Program-made: the position numbers and the translations under genes
Shown: one piece after another, positions 9,798 through 18,921 of the stretch
Layout of the letters: the number at the start of each line of letters is the position of its first letter
How positions within the stretch are numbered: the stretch's first letter is position 1
Notes under the pieces: model-generated
Databases searched by the model: none
What the model saw: only the letters and a program-made list of their open reading frames with translations
What the model was told of the DNA's origin: nothing
Source: a virus
Direction: 5' to 3' (one strand)
DNA: 64,000 nt
Virus record (IMG/VR): IMGVR_UViG_3300031553_000354
Location: 8,787 to 72,786 of that record

Positions 9798-10637
9798 ATG
9801 CTGGGATTTTTAGCGACGTCATTGATGTACATGAACTTGACGAAATCAAGATCACTTTTCAATACGGCCATGACTGGAAGTCCGGGAATTGTAGGAATGC
9901 GATGGCTCGGCGCCGGCAAATGGTATGATCCGCTCAAATACGCTAAAGGTCTTTTACTTCCTGGCGGGAAGCCGCGGACTGATATTTTTGCCATAAATCC
10001 AGAAGGTCGAATAGGAACAGTATTAACTAGGGGATTCGCCGGCTTAGCAGAACGATTTCCAAGTCCATGGAGTAGAGGCATGGCAACCATGACTGGGGCT
10101 CCAATTGGTGGAGGCCTCCGGTTTGGCGCATTTACCGGAGGAGGAATGATTTCTGCTGGAGAGGCGACAGCTGTCAGAACGGGTTTATCCAAAATGAATT
10201 ATAAACATTTACTAAAAATGACAGAGGCGGATGCTGGAAAATTATTAATGAGAACAGCGCCACATAGTCTTACAGTTGCTGGAGCAAAAGGATTGGCCCC
10301 ATCTTTAGTCAGCAGTGCCAAGATGGCTGGAAGATTGAAAATCGTAGGTGGGGTTGCCGCACCATTAAATTATTTAGTTTGGGGGTGGCTATTTGGCACA
10401 TTGGCATATGGCGTTGGTCGAGGAATTGGCGCTGTTGCTGGTGCAGTCCAAACATCAGCCGAACGAGCAGTTGGCCAAATCCGAAGCTTAGAATTTGGCG
10501 GAGGTGCGGCTCCAGCATTTCAAACCAGATTAGCGATTACTGAAAGACAAAGGGCAGTCCAAGAAATCGGAAGACATAATCTGAATGCAAGAAGACTTCT
10601 TGGGAATGAGGGACGACAAATGGCAGATATTTACTAA
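9798..10637 (+). CDS. Gly/Ala-rich basic protein with hydrophobic segments (possible internal virion/ejection protein)
   Basis: AGGAG SD; LNYLVWGWLFGTLAYGVGRGIGAVAG; function inferred. Confidence 0.55.
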   Translation: MLGFLATSLMYMNLTKSRSLFNTAMTGSPGIVGMRWLGAGKWYDPLKYAKGLLLPGGKPRTDIFAINPEGRIGTVLTRGFAGLAERFPSPWSRGMATMTGAPIGGGLRFGAFTGGGMISAGEATAVRTGLSKMNYKHLLKMTEADAGKLLMRTAPHSLTVAGAKGLAPSLVSSAKMAGRLKIVGGVAAPLNYLVWGWLFGTLAYGVGRGIGAVAGAVQTSAERAVGQIRSLEFGGGAAPAFQTRLAITERQRAVQEIGRHNLNARRLLGNEGRQMADIY

Positions 10638-10647
10638 TGAAATATAA

Positions 10648-10830
10648 TTACAAACTAAATCCAGATGGGAATTAAAAACCAACGGAAATAAACAAACTCG
10701 AGAAATTATGAATTGGCCATATTGCGATTCTATTTATTATCTTGCGAGGAAATATGATAAATATTTGCAATTCAAACGAAAGTTATTCATAAGGAGATTG
10801 TTATGCCACAAAATCTTGATCAAAAAATAA
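10648..10830 (+). pseudogene. C-terminal remnant of a LAGLIDADG homing endonuclease
   Basis: WELKTNGNKQTREIMNWPYCDSIYYLARKYDKY aligns with RQLEIQGNRQAIKIMNWLYDNATIKLERKYQKY of the HEG at 8255; in-frame stop just upstream and no catalytic motifs. Confidence 0.7.
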
Positions 10831-11654
10831 AACGGGCACATGACGAAGTGCTCTATCCCACTGTATTAGTTAGAACAAAAAATGCGAGTGGTTCGGGAAC
10901 CGTTCTTTATTCGAAACTAAAAGATGAATCTAAATCAGAATATGAAACATATGTTTTGACAAATCATCATGTTATTGATGATTGTATTAAAGTTTCGAAA
11001 GAATGGGATCCAATGTTGGAAGCGGAAATAAAAAAAGAAACTAGATCAACTGTCAATGTTGAATTTTATCGATATAAACATTATTCAAGATGCATTGGAA
11101 GGTTTTCCGTTGAAGGCGATATAGTTACCTATAATAAGGATTATGACGTTGCTTTGCTAAAACTGCGTTCAGTAGAAAAAGTAGCTTCCGTCGCGCATTT
11201 ATATTTGTCTGACATAAAAGATATTCATGTCTTTGATAAAGTCGTAGCTTGTGGCTGCCAATTAGCACATCCTCCAATCCATACTCGCGGAGAAATTATG
11301 TATATGGATGATGAAATTGAAAATTACAATTTTTGGCTTTCCAATGCCCAAATTATATTTGGTTCGAGTGGCGGAGGAATTTATCTTGACAAAAATGGTA
11401 AACATGAATTTATCGGAATTCCATCTCGCATAGCAATTAGTGGATGGGATGATGCTGTCACCCATATGGGATATTTTATTCCCATAGATCGAATATTTAG
11501 TTGGCTTAAAGAAGAATTTTATCATTTTATTTACGATTCGAAGGTAGATGCCAAAAAATGTGAAAAATTACGGGAAAAGAAAAAGTTGGCAATGAAGAAA
11601 TCATATCTGGAAAAGCAAAAATCGGAATTAAATGACGATGACGAAGATGAATAA
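10803..11654 (+). CDS. Trypsin-like serine protease (S1/HtrA-type catalytic domain, no PDZ)
   Basis: GSGTVL, VLTNHHVI (His), YDVALLKL (Asp), FGSSGGGIY (Ser). Confidence 0.9.
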   Translation: MPQNLDQKIKRAHDEVLYPTVLVRTKNASGSGTVLYSKLKDESKSEYETYVLTNHHVIDDCIKVSKEWDPMLEAEIKKETRSTVNVEFYRYKHYSRCIGRFSVEGDIVTYNKDYDVALLKLRSVEKVASVAHLYLSDIKDIHVFDKVVACGCQLAHPPIHTRGEIMYMDDEIENYNFWLSNAQIIFGSSGGGIYLDKNGKHEFIGIPSRIAISGWDDAVTHMGYFIPIDRIFSWLKEEFYHFIYDSKVDAKKCEKLREKKKLAMKKSYLEKQKSELNDDDEDE

Positions 11655-11863
11655 TGAAATTCAGATTTGCTAAAAGAATATGTAATTGGGAATTGCTAAC
11701 GATTGATGTCCCGGGTGAAAATTGTACGGTCGAAAAATTTTTTGATTCGCTCAATTTGTCTATTGAAGATTGGGATGTTTTCATAAATGGCTTACCAACA
11801 TCTCCTGAAAATATTTTAAAAGAAACAGATAATATTGTTTTGCTTTCAAAACTTGGTATATAA
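11654..11863 (+). CDS. Ubiquitin-like beta-grasp protein (ThiS/MoaD/SAMP-like) lacking terminal GG
   Basis: 69 aa; TVEKFFDSLNL helix, VFING, ILKETDNIVLL pattern; ends KLGI. Confidence 0.6.
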   Translation: MKFRFAKRICNWELLTIDVPGENCTVEKFFDSLNLSIEDWDVFINGLPTSPENILKETDNIVLLSKLGI

Positions 11864-13744
11864 ATGTCATTTGAAAAATCAGAAGCTAGAAAAAAATTAA
11901 CATTATTAAAAAGTTTAACTCCAGAACAATTAAAATCCGCGAAATTAACACAGCGCGATATAGATTATCTTGAAACATTGTTGGATCCAATAAAATGGGT
12001 AAAAACGAATCTTAAAAATCCAGAGGATCCGACCAAAAATTTTGTACCTTATGTGACCCAAGAATATATTATTTCAGAGGAAGCATCTAAAGTTGCAGTG
12101 CGAACTTCAAGGCGTACTGGAAAAACCGTAGGTATAGCAGCAAAAGCAATTTATTTAGCTTATACTGAACCCAATACTCCAATTTTATTTGTAGCTCCGT
12201 ATCAAGCTCAAATCCAAGAAATTTTTAGAGACATACAATTATTAATTTCGGATACACCTCTGCGAGATTCAGTAAAACGTTCCATAGAACATCCTTTCTA
12301 TCAAATTCATTTAAAAAATGGCTCTACTCTGTTTGGAATGACTGCTGGAGCCAAATCAAGCAGAAGAGGCACGGTTGTTCGAGGGCAAGGAGCAAAATAT
12401 CTTTTTCTTGATGAATTTGATTTTCTTCCGGAAGATGCCATTGCAGCAACATTGATCATTATGAAATCTAGAAAAGATTCTCATCTGTTTGTTACATCCA
12501 ATCCATCCGGAGCTCGTTCATATTTTTATCAATGGTGTACATTTCCGGAAAAGCATGGATTTGCCACCAGACATTTTGGAAAAAAATACATACCAAATTG
12601 GACTGAAGAAGATGATAAATTTTACAAGGAAAACTATTCCACAAATGCTTGGTATAGAGAGATCCTTGGAGAATTTGGCGAAGAAATGGTCGGAGTATTT
12701 CCACATCGATTTATAGACCTTTCATTGTTTGAATATGATCATAACATGTTGGCGTATAATCAACAAAACGCATATGTCTTAGGAGTAGATTGGAATGCAT
12801 CCCAAATAGGAACAAAAATAGTTATTTTGGAATATATCAAGAACAAAGTTCCAACTCAATCAGATAAATTATTTTTGAAAACTATTAATGGAACAAGGGA
12901 TGAATTAAATCGGCAGGAAAAAGTTAAAAAATACGACAGGCTATCTTGGGATTATTTTGTGAATAAATATCGCGTATTTAGAATATATTCAATTGAAGGC
13001 CAGCAGTACACGCAGACCGCCGCCGTTGATAAAATTCTTCGGTTATATAAAGAATATGATCCGGCATTTATCTATGTTGATCAAGGATATGGAGACGTCC
13101 AAATTGAATTATTGCTGAAAAAAGCTGTCGAATGGAAAGACAAAGCACTTGCAAAAAAGATTGTTGGATGCAATTTTAGCAGCACTATAGATGTCAAAGA
13201 TCCATGGTCAAATAAACCGGTGAAAAAACGCCTTAAAAATTTTATGGTTAACTTGTCCGTACGAACCCTCGAAGGATATCAACTTGCTCTTCCTTATTCG
13301 GAAGACAATAAAGGGCTATTGATCGGCCAAATGAGAGATTATCGTGTTACAAAAGAAGGTCCAACTCCAACATATTCTTCTGAAAATGATCATTATTTGG
13401 ATGCTCTTATGTTAGCAATTCTGGGATTTGAATCTAACTTTGGCGAACTTTCTTCTATTGGTAGAAAAAATGAACCAATTAAGATTCGAAAGTCGCGACT
13501 TCCTGTTATGGTACAGCCAAAACAAAAGGAAAATAAAATTATGTGCCCCGCCACTCATAGTGGGTTATTGAAACCGTTTGCTGATGAAATGGGGCTTCCA
13601 TATGAATATAAAGAAGGCACCATACCGGATCTCACATCAAAGCCACGATCAAAAACAAAAGTGAAACAATTTGCAAAACCATTTAGACGAAGATTCACGG
13701 GAATTCAAAGGAAAAAATGGCCACATTCTCGTTTAATGCCATAA
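11864..13744 (+). CDS. terL: Terminase large subunit
   Basis: Walker A RRTGKT, VRGQGA, Walker B LFLDEFD, coupling TSNP, RNase H-like GVDWN, IYVDQG, DHYLDA. Confidence 0.93.
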   Translation: MSFEKSEARKKLTLLKSLTPEQLKSAKLTQRDIDYLETLLDPIKWVKTNLKNPEDPTKNFVPYVTQEYIISEEASKVAVRTSRRTGKTVGIAAKAIYLAYTEPNTPILFVAPYQAQIQEIFRDIQLLISDTPLRDSVKRSIEHPFYQIHLKNGSTLFGMTAGAKSSRRGTVVRGQGAKYLFLDEFDFLPEDAIAATLIIMKSRKDSHLFVTSNPSGARSYFYQWCTFPEKHGFATRHFGKKYIPNWTEEDDKFYKENYSTNAWYREILGEFGEEMVGVFPHRFIDLSLFEYDHNMLAYNQQNAYVLGVDWNASQIGTKIVILEYIKNKVPTQSDKLFLKTINGTRDELNRQEKVKKYDRLSWDYFVNKYRVFRIYSIEGQQYTQTAAVDKILRLYKEYDPAFIYVDQGYGDVQIELLLKKAVEWKDKALAKKIVGCNFSSTIDVKDPWSNKPVKKRLKNFMVNLSVRTLEGYQLALPYSEDNKGLLIGQMRDYRVTKEGPTPTYSSENDHYLDALMLAILGFESNFGELSSIGRKNEPIKIRKSRLPVMVQPKQKENKIMCPATHSGLLKPFADEMGLPYEYKEGTIPDLTSKPRSKTKVKQFAKPFRRRFTGIQRKKWPHSRLMP

Positions 13745-15675
13745 TTAATGCGATTAAGTCTTTCAGAAAAGATCCGGAGTATAGAAAGAAAAATACTCTT
13801 GGAGAAGAATCTGAACGGAAAAAGCGAGTTACAGAAGGAAACAAAAAAGAAATTACCAGATTAATAAGTCCTTCTGTGAAAACTGTCCATTTGGGTATGG
13901 ACGAATCGCCGTCAGAAATAAATAAAAAGCGAGAAGCCGAAAAACGCACAGCCAAAATAAACACCGCTAAATGGCTAATCAAATCTATTGATGACAAATT
14001 TAGTGATATAGATAAGCTAATTAATGATAGCGTATCTTCTGAAGGTGCACAATTTTACATATTATTTGATTCTGATAAATATCCATTAGTATCTGATGCG
14101 GTTTCATTTTTCAGCGATGGACAAAAAAACAACTTTATTGACTGGGATATGTATAATAGAGCCAAAGACAATTATTTTATTGAATTAAGAAGGACCGGAA
14201 AGCAGTATTCGAAAGCAATGCGCGAGGGCGGTTCTACCGTGATGTCAATTACACAACAAAGCGATAAAATTAAAAAAACTAACGTGATATTATTGGCATT
14301 TAAAGTTTTATTGGAACATCTAGAAAAATGGTTTTGGGGACTTCCAATTGTCGAGCAAATATGTAAAATTAAAGTTGCGGGAAAGCGATTGTTTAAATGT
14401 GACAAAAAAAGAAGTGCATATACTGGGCGAAATGGACAATTATATATTCCAAAATCTTACGTTACAAGCACAAGTTTGCAAGACGCGGGATTACTTATTT
14501 CCAATGCCAAGTATATATTAGAATATGTGCGGGGCGCGGCTTCGGGAGATGAGCAATATATTGAAGCCGAATGGGGGAAAAATAAACAAGTTTTTTTAAT
14601 TAGTTATCTTCTTGAACCCACCAAAATGGTTTTTACCAATTCTGTTCATATAGCTTCTGGAATAACAGATGATGATCGAATAACTACTATTGGATCTCAA
14701 TCTTTATTTTATTCGCCGGAATTACAAAAAGCTACAGCCAAAATTTCCGCAGATACTAAGGATCTGGAATTGCTTTTGCATGGTGAATATTTAGAGGAAT
14801 TAGATAGAATATTGGGTAGAATTATCAAGATATTGCATGGATGGTATTTGGATCCGAGAACGTATTGTTGCCTAATTAATGCATTTGGCGGAATTAATCG
14901 AGCCGTGCCGGAATGGTTAAAGACTATTAAATATGTTTTAGTTGCCGGAATGGTTTTCTGTGAATTAGAAATGGACTTAAATGAAAAGAAGTTAACAAAT
15001 ATTCTGAATCTATTAGTTACAAGCGCGATTGGTTCTATAATTAATTCATTAGGGAATTTTCTCAAAGGTTGGGTCAAGAAAAATGAAGTAAAGTTTATGA
15101 AATCTTTTTTGGCCGAAAAATCAAAATTCATGAAATGTTTGCCATTTGATCAATTGATAACGGAATTCGGTTTTTTCTTTGATGAAATGATTAATGATTT
15201 GGAAAATCTTTTGAGACAATATACGGAATATCTTACAATTTCAAATCTAAATTTTGGAATTTATGTAAATGATATAGAACGAAAACAGCGGCTCCAAGTA
15301 TTGTACGAATTTGTAGATCGATTTATTAATGCATGGGATTGGGGTTATATATGTTCAGAGAATATTTCGAAATCGGATATAAGATCAACAATTGATAAAG
15401 AAAGATATGATCCTCCAAAAACCGAAGCCGATATAACAATATATGACAAAGATGCAGATGGAAATTTTACAGCCGAGAAAGCTGCGATACAGCCATTCGT
15501 ATCCAAACGCGAAGCAAATTATTTTCTAAAGCACGTTTTAAATATTGATCAAGCTGTGGTTGATGAAGTCATGGCAATATATGAAGATCCAGTTCAAATT
15601 GCGAAATGCATGGAGGGATGGACAGAAGGTGATGTCCAAGCTCTGAAAGCCCAATTGAATAAAATTATAAAATGA
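13717..15675 (+). CDS. Hypothetical helical protein between terminase and portal
   Basis: 652-aa ORF; no motif recognised. Confidence 0.7.
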   Translation: MATFSFNAIINAIKSFRKDPEYRKKNTLGEESERKKRVTEGNKKEITRLISPSVKTVHLGMDESPSEINKKREAEKRTAKINTAKWLIKSIDDKFSDIDKLINDSVSSEGAQFYILFDSDKYPLVSDAVSFFSDGQKNNFIDWDMYNRAKDNYFIELRRTGKQYSKAMREGGSTVMSITQQSDKIKKTNVILLAFKVLLEHLEKWFWGLPIVEQICKIKVAGKRLFKCDKKRSAYTGRNGQLYIPKSYVTSTSLQDAGLLISNAKYILEYVRGAASGDEQYIEAEWGKNKQVFLISYLLEPTKMVFTNSVHIASGITDDDRITTIGSQSLFYSPELQKATAKISADTKDLELLLHGEYLEELDRILGRIIKILHGWYLDPRTYCCLINAFGGINRAVPEWLKTIKYVLVAGMVFCELEMDLNEKKLTNILNLLVTSAIGSIINSLGNFLKGWVKKNEVKFMKSFLAEKSKFMKCLPFDQLITEFGFFFDEMINDLENLLRQYTEYLTISNLNFGIYVNDIERKQRLQVLYEFVDRFINAWDWGYICSENISKSDIRSTIDKERYDPPKTEADITIYDKDADGNFTAEKAAIQPFVSKREANYFLKHVLNIDQAVVDEVMAIYEDPVQIAKCMEGWTEGDVQALKAQLNKIIK

Positions 15676-15836
15676 ATAAATTTAATCAGGACAATAATCA
15701 AAATTATTATTTAAATTTTAAAGAAACAACACGATTTTTGTTGCGAAAGTGAATGATCTGTTAAATAATACTAATGAATTGACGAAAAATTGGTCTATTC
15801 AAATATTTGGTACCAAATTTGGAATAGGAGCCACGT

Positions 15837-17261
15837 ATTAAAAAATTCTTTGTTTTCAATCCAAAACAAAAAATCCGTGACAAAGTAAGAACGAGACAAT
15901 CTGCAGTCGGGAAATTTCTGTATGCTCTCGCAAACAGATTCCAGCGAACTAAATTTGAATCTCCAGAATATAATTTTTTTATCATTAGGGATGCTCTTAA
16001 TGAGGAAAGCTTGTTCCGGAGAGCTGTTGATAAATATCAAGAGCAAATCTGGAAAAATGGCTGGAAATTCACAGGGAAAAATTCAAGAACTCTCAAATTG
16101 GTAAAAAAGAGATTTCGGGAAATGGAAGTTGTCACCGGCATTTCCATTCAGGAATTATTTGAAAGAATAAGCCGGCAATTAATAACATTTTCGAATTGCA
16201 TGGTCATCAAGGTTAGAAACAAGAATTCTACCTCAGCTCACGCTTACAGAACATTTGATGGAAAATTGCGCCAACCGGTGGCCGCATATTTTGTTCAGCC
16301 TATGGAATATATGCAGATTCATCGGGACGAAGCAGGAAATATTAAGAAATATAGACTGGGTTCAGATCCTGACAAAGACTGGATACCAGAAGATGTTATA
16401 CATATATTAGTTCATAAACACGAAGGCTATGCATTCGGAACTCCGATGGTTGTCCCTGTGATGGATGATATCCTATCACTGAGACAAGTTGAAGAAAATC
16501 TTCAAGTCCTGGTGTTCCAGCACGCCATACCTCTTTATCATTTTATAATTGGCACCGAAGCGGAAGAAGGACATACTGATGAAATTGACGAACTGAACGC
16601 CCAAGTTGAGCAGATGCCCACTTATGGCTCTCTTACAACTACCAATAGAGTAAAGATTGATGTGTTAGGTGCGCGGCGGGAATCCATGGATTTAGAGCCC
16701 ATACTTGATTATTGGATGAATAGAGTTTTGGGTGGATTTGGAATGTCAAGTGTTTCTTTTGGTCGTCCTGATACCGCAAATAGAGGCACTGCAACCACTG
16801 TAATTAAAGAATTTCAAACGACCACCGCGATGTTTCAAAGAGCTATTAAACATGCGGTGGAATTTCATATAATCCGTGAAATCTTGGAAGAAGCCGGATA
16901 TAATTACTTAACTCTTAAGGATCGTGATAGAGTTGAACTTTATATACCGGAAGTGGACCTCGACGAACAAATAAAGAGAGAGGTTCATGAAGCATATAAA
17001 TACGAACATAATTCGATTAGCGAAGCCGAAATGCGAATTGGATTAGGGATGGATCCCATCGATGATGAGAATCGGAAATATATGTATACATGGCTCGTAA
17101 GAATTCCATTGGCATTGGTTGGCTCCGGAGATGAAACATTGGCATCTTACCCTAGTCTTGCCGAAATTTATGGACTTGGCTCGAAAGAGACCAATAATCT
17201 CGAATCCCCCTCTAACCAACATGGAACAAAACCCGTCAAGGGGAAGCCAAAAAATGATTGA
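15837..17261 (+). CDS. Portal protein (start extended to ATT at 15837)
   Basis: EDVIHI, GYAFGTP, TANRGTA, ISEAEMRIGLGMDPI portal motifs; frame open upstream of 16011 to TAG 15825-15827; AGGAG 6 nt before ATT. Confidence 0.85.
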   Translation: MKKFFVFNPKQKIRDKVRTRQSAVGKFLYALANRFQRTKFESPEYNFFIIRDALNEESLFRRAVDKYQEQIWKNGWKFTGKNSRTLKLVKKRFREMEVVTGISIQELFERISRQLITFSNCMVIKVRNKNSTSAHAYRTFDGKLRQPVAAYFVQPMEYMQIHRDEAGNIKKYRLGSDPDKDWIPEDVIHILVHKHEGYAFGTPMVVPVMDDILSLRQVEENLQVLVFQHAIPLYHFIIGTEAEEGHTDEIDELNAQVEQMPTYGSLTTTNRVKIDVLGARRESMDLEPILDYWMNRVLGGFGMSSVSFGRPDTANRGTATTVIKEFQTTTAMFQRAIKHAVEFHIIREILEEAGYNYLTLKDRDRVELYIPEVDLDEQIKREVHEAYKYEHNSISEAEMRIGLGMDPIDDENRKYMYTWLVRIPLALVGSGDETLASYPSLAEIYGLGSKETNNLESPSNQHGTKPVKGKPKND

Positions 17262-17315
17262 AAAACGAAACTCAAAAACAATTAACCTATTCTATTAAGG
17301 AGGTGAGATAGCGAA

Positions 17316-18890
17316 TTGTTTATCAGAGAATCTTACAGGTTTGGTAAGGATCACATTGTTCGTGCGAAATCCAGTGTTAAGGTAGCCGACGGGGTCTACC
17401 CGGATCGACTCCGAGTTAGGGTACCTGGCACTCATGGTGGATTCGTTAATAAAAATGGATATTTTTATAAAGTTGACGGCATGAAGGAGGCTTATAAATC
17501 TTGGGTGTCCCCATATAAAAAACCAGTATTAATTGGTCATGGTGATAATGAAGATCCAATAGGTCGAGTTGTTGCCGCCACACTAGTAGAAGATGATCCC
17601 ATGGATTATGTAAATAAATTTGGACGAACGGATAATATTCCTGCCGCCCATATAGATATGGAACTCGAAATTACAGATCAGGAAAGCATCAAAAAGATAT
17701 TGGATGGTATATATCTTACTGTTTCTCAAGGGGCGGATTGTGACGATGTAAGATGTTCAATTTGTGACCAAGATATTGCTGAAGAAGGCCCGTGCGACCA
17801 TAAAAGAGGAAAAGTCTATGACGGCGAATTAGCATATTGGGTTTTCGGACCTTTGAACTATCAAGAACTCAGTATTGTCAATGTCCCTTCTGACGAGTTT
17901 GCTATCCTGGAACCTGTAAAAAATACTAATATGGAAAAACACGAAGTTATGACATTTCAGCCATTAGCAATGGATATGAATTGCGGTTTGGAATTCATAA
18001 CGGTTAAAGATTCAAAGGAGGCCAAATCAGTGGCTAAGGAGACTCCGCGTTTCGATGATTGGACTGACGAAGATCTGAAGCTGTGCCAGGAAGTGTGGAA
18101 GCAGGTTGACGAATTCCTGATGGATGGTCTAGATGAGGAAGATAAGAAACTCACGACCGCCACAAGGAAGAAGTTGCCCGCCAATGTATTTTGCGGACCA
18201 GATAGATCTTTTCCAGTTAATGATTGCATTCACTATCGTGTGGCCAAAACATATCTCGGAAGATATAAAGGGCCCGGCGATAAGAAGAAAATCCTAGCTT
18301 GTATTGAACGACGTGGTAAACTCCTGGGCTGCGGAAAATGGGCAAAGAAAGATGAACTTTTGGATCAGGTCAATGAAGAAATAAGACCCTTTGTAGAAGA
18401 AAATTTCGTTGCGAAAGACGAACTGGTTGATCTGAATGAAAAGTTCGAGGATGTTTCCGCAAAACAAAAAGAGTCTACCAAAGAAGTAGAAACAAAACAA
18501 GCTAAGATTGAAGAATTCGAAAAACAGGTAGGCGAGTTCGAGGATAAGAAAAAGGAATATGAGTCCAAAGTCAAAGATTCCTTAGCTGGGAGGATTATAG
18601 ATATCCGAATTCTCTTTGGCGAGTATCAGTTTACCGAGGAAGACAAGAAAGAACAATATAAAACGTGGCGCGATGCCTTGTCAGAGAGAACTAATGAATC
18701 TTTGCAGGATACATTGATTGATCTACAAAATAAGATGTTTTCCGAAAAATTAGAGCCAGTTGTAGATCCCGGCGCTCATATTGTGGACAACAATGGCAAA
18801 CCTATCAAAAAAGTAGAAAAACCAAAACAATTTGATTCTAATCAAGATTTCCTACATTTTTATTTGTATGGAAAAAAACTAAAAGAATAA
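17316..18890 (+). CDS. Prohead protease-scaffold fusion
   Basis: KPVLIGH, PIGRV, YLTVSQG, CSIC...CDH, ELSIVNVPSD; C-terminal coiled-coil scaffold; AGGAGGTG SD with TTG start. Confidence 0.85.
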   Translation: MFIRESYRFGKDHIVRAKSSVKVADGVYPDRLRVRVPGTHGGFVNKNGYFYKVDGMKEAYKSWVSPYKKPVLIGHGDNEDPIGRVVAATLVEDDPMDYVNKFGRTDNIPAAHIDMELEITDQESIKKILDGIYLTVSQGADCDDVRCSICDQDIAEEGPCDHKRGKVYDGELAYWVFGPLNYQELSIVNVPSDEFAILEPVKNTNMEKHEVMTFQPLAMDMNCGLEFITVKDSKEAKSVAKETPRFDDWTDEDLKLCQEVWKQVDEFLMDGLDEEDKKLTTATRKKLPANVFCGPDRSFPVNDCIHYRVAKTYLGRYKGPGDKKKILACIERRGKLLGCGKWAKKDELLDQVNEEIRPFVEENFVAKDELVDLNEKFEDVSAKQKESTKEVETKQAKIEEFEKQVGEFEDKKKEYESKVKDSLAGRIIDIRILFGEYQFTEEDKKEQYKTWRDALSERTNESLQDTLIDLQNKMFSEKLEPVVDPGAHIVDNNGKPIKKVEKPKQFDSNQDFLHFYLYGKKLKE

Positions 18891-18921
18891 AATTTAATTA
18901 TTAAAAGGAGGAAAGCTAGTA

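Noticed and set aside
15783-15836. TAG readthrough or stop-codon reassignment extending the portal
   Set aside because: Another in-frame stop (TGA 15780-15782) lies just upstream, TAG ends other genes normally (9788, 61520), and giant ORFs are intact in the standard code
15672-15840. Small ORFs between the 652-aa gene and the portal
   Set aside because: Only 26-30 codon fragments in different frames without convincing SD or motif
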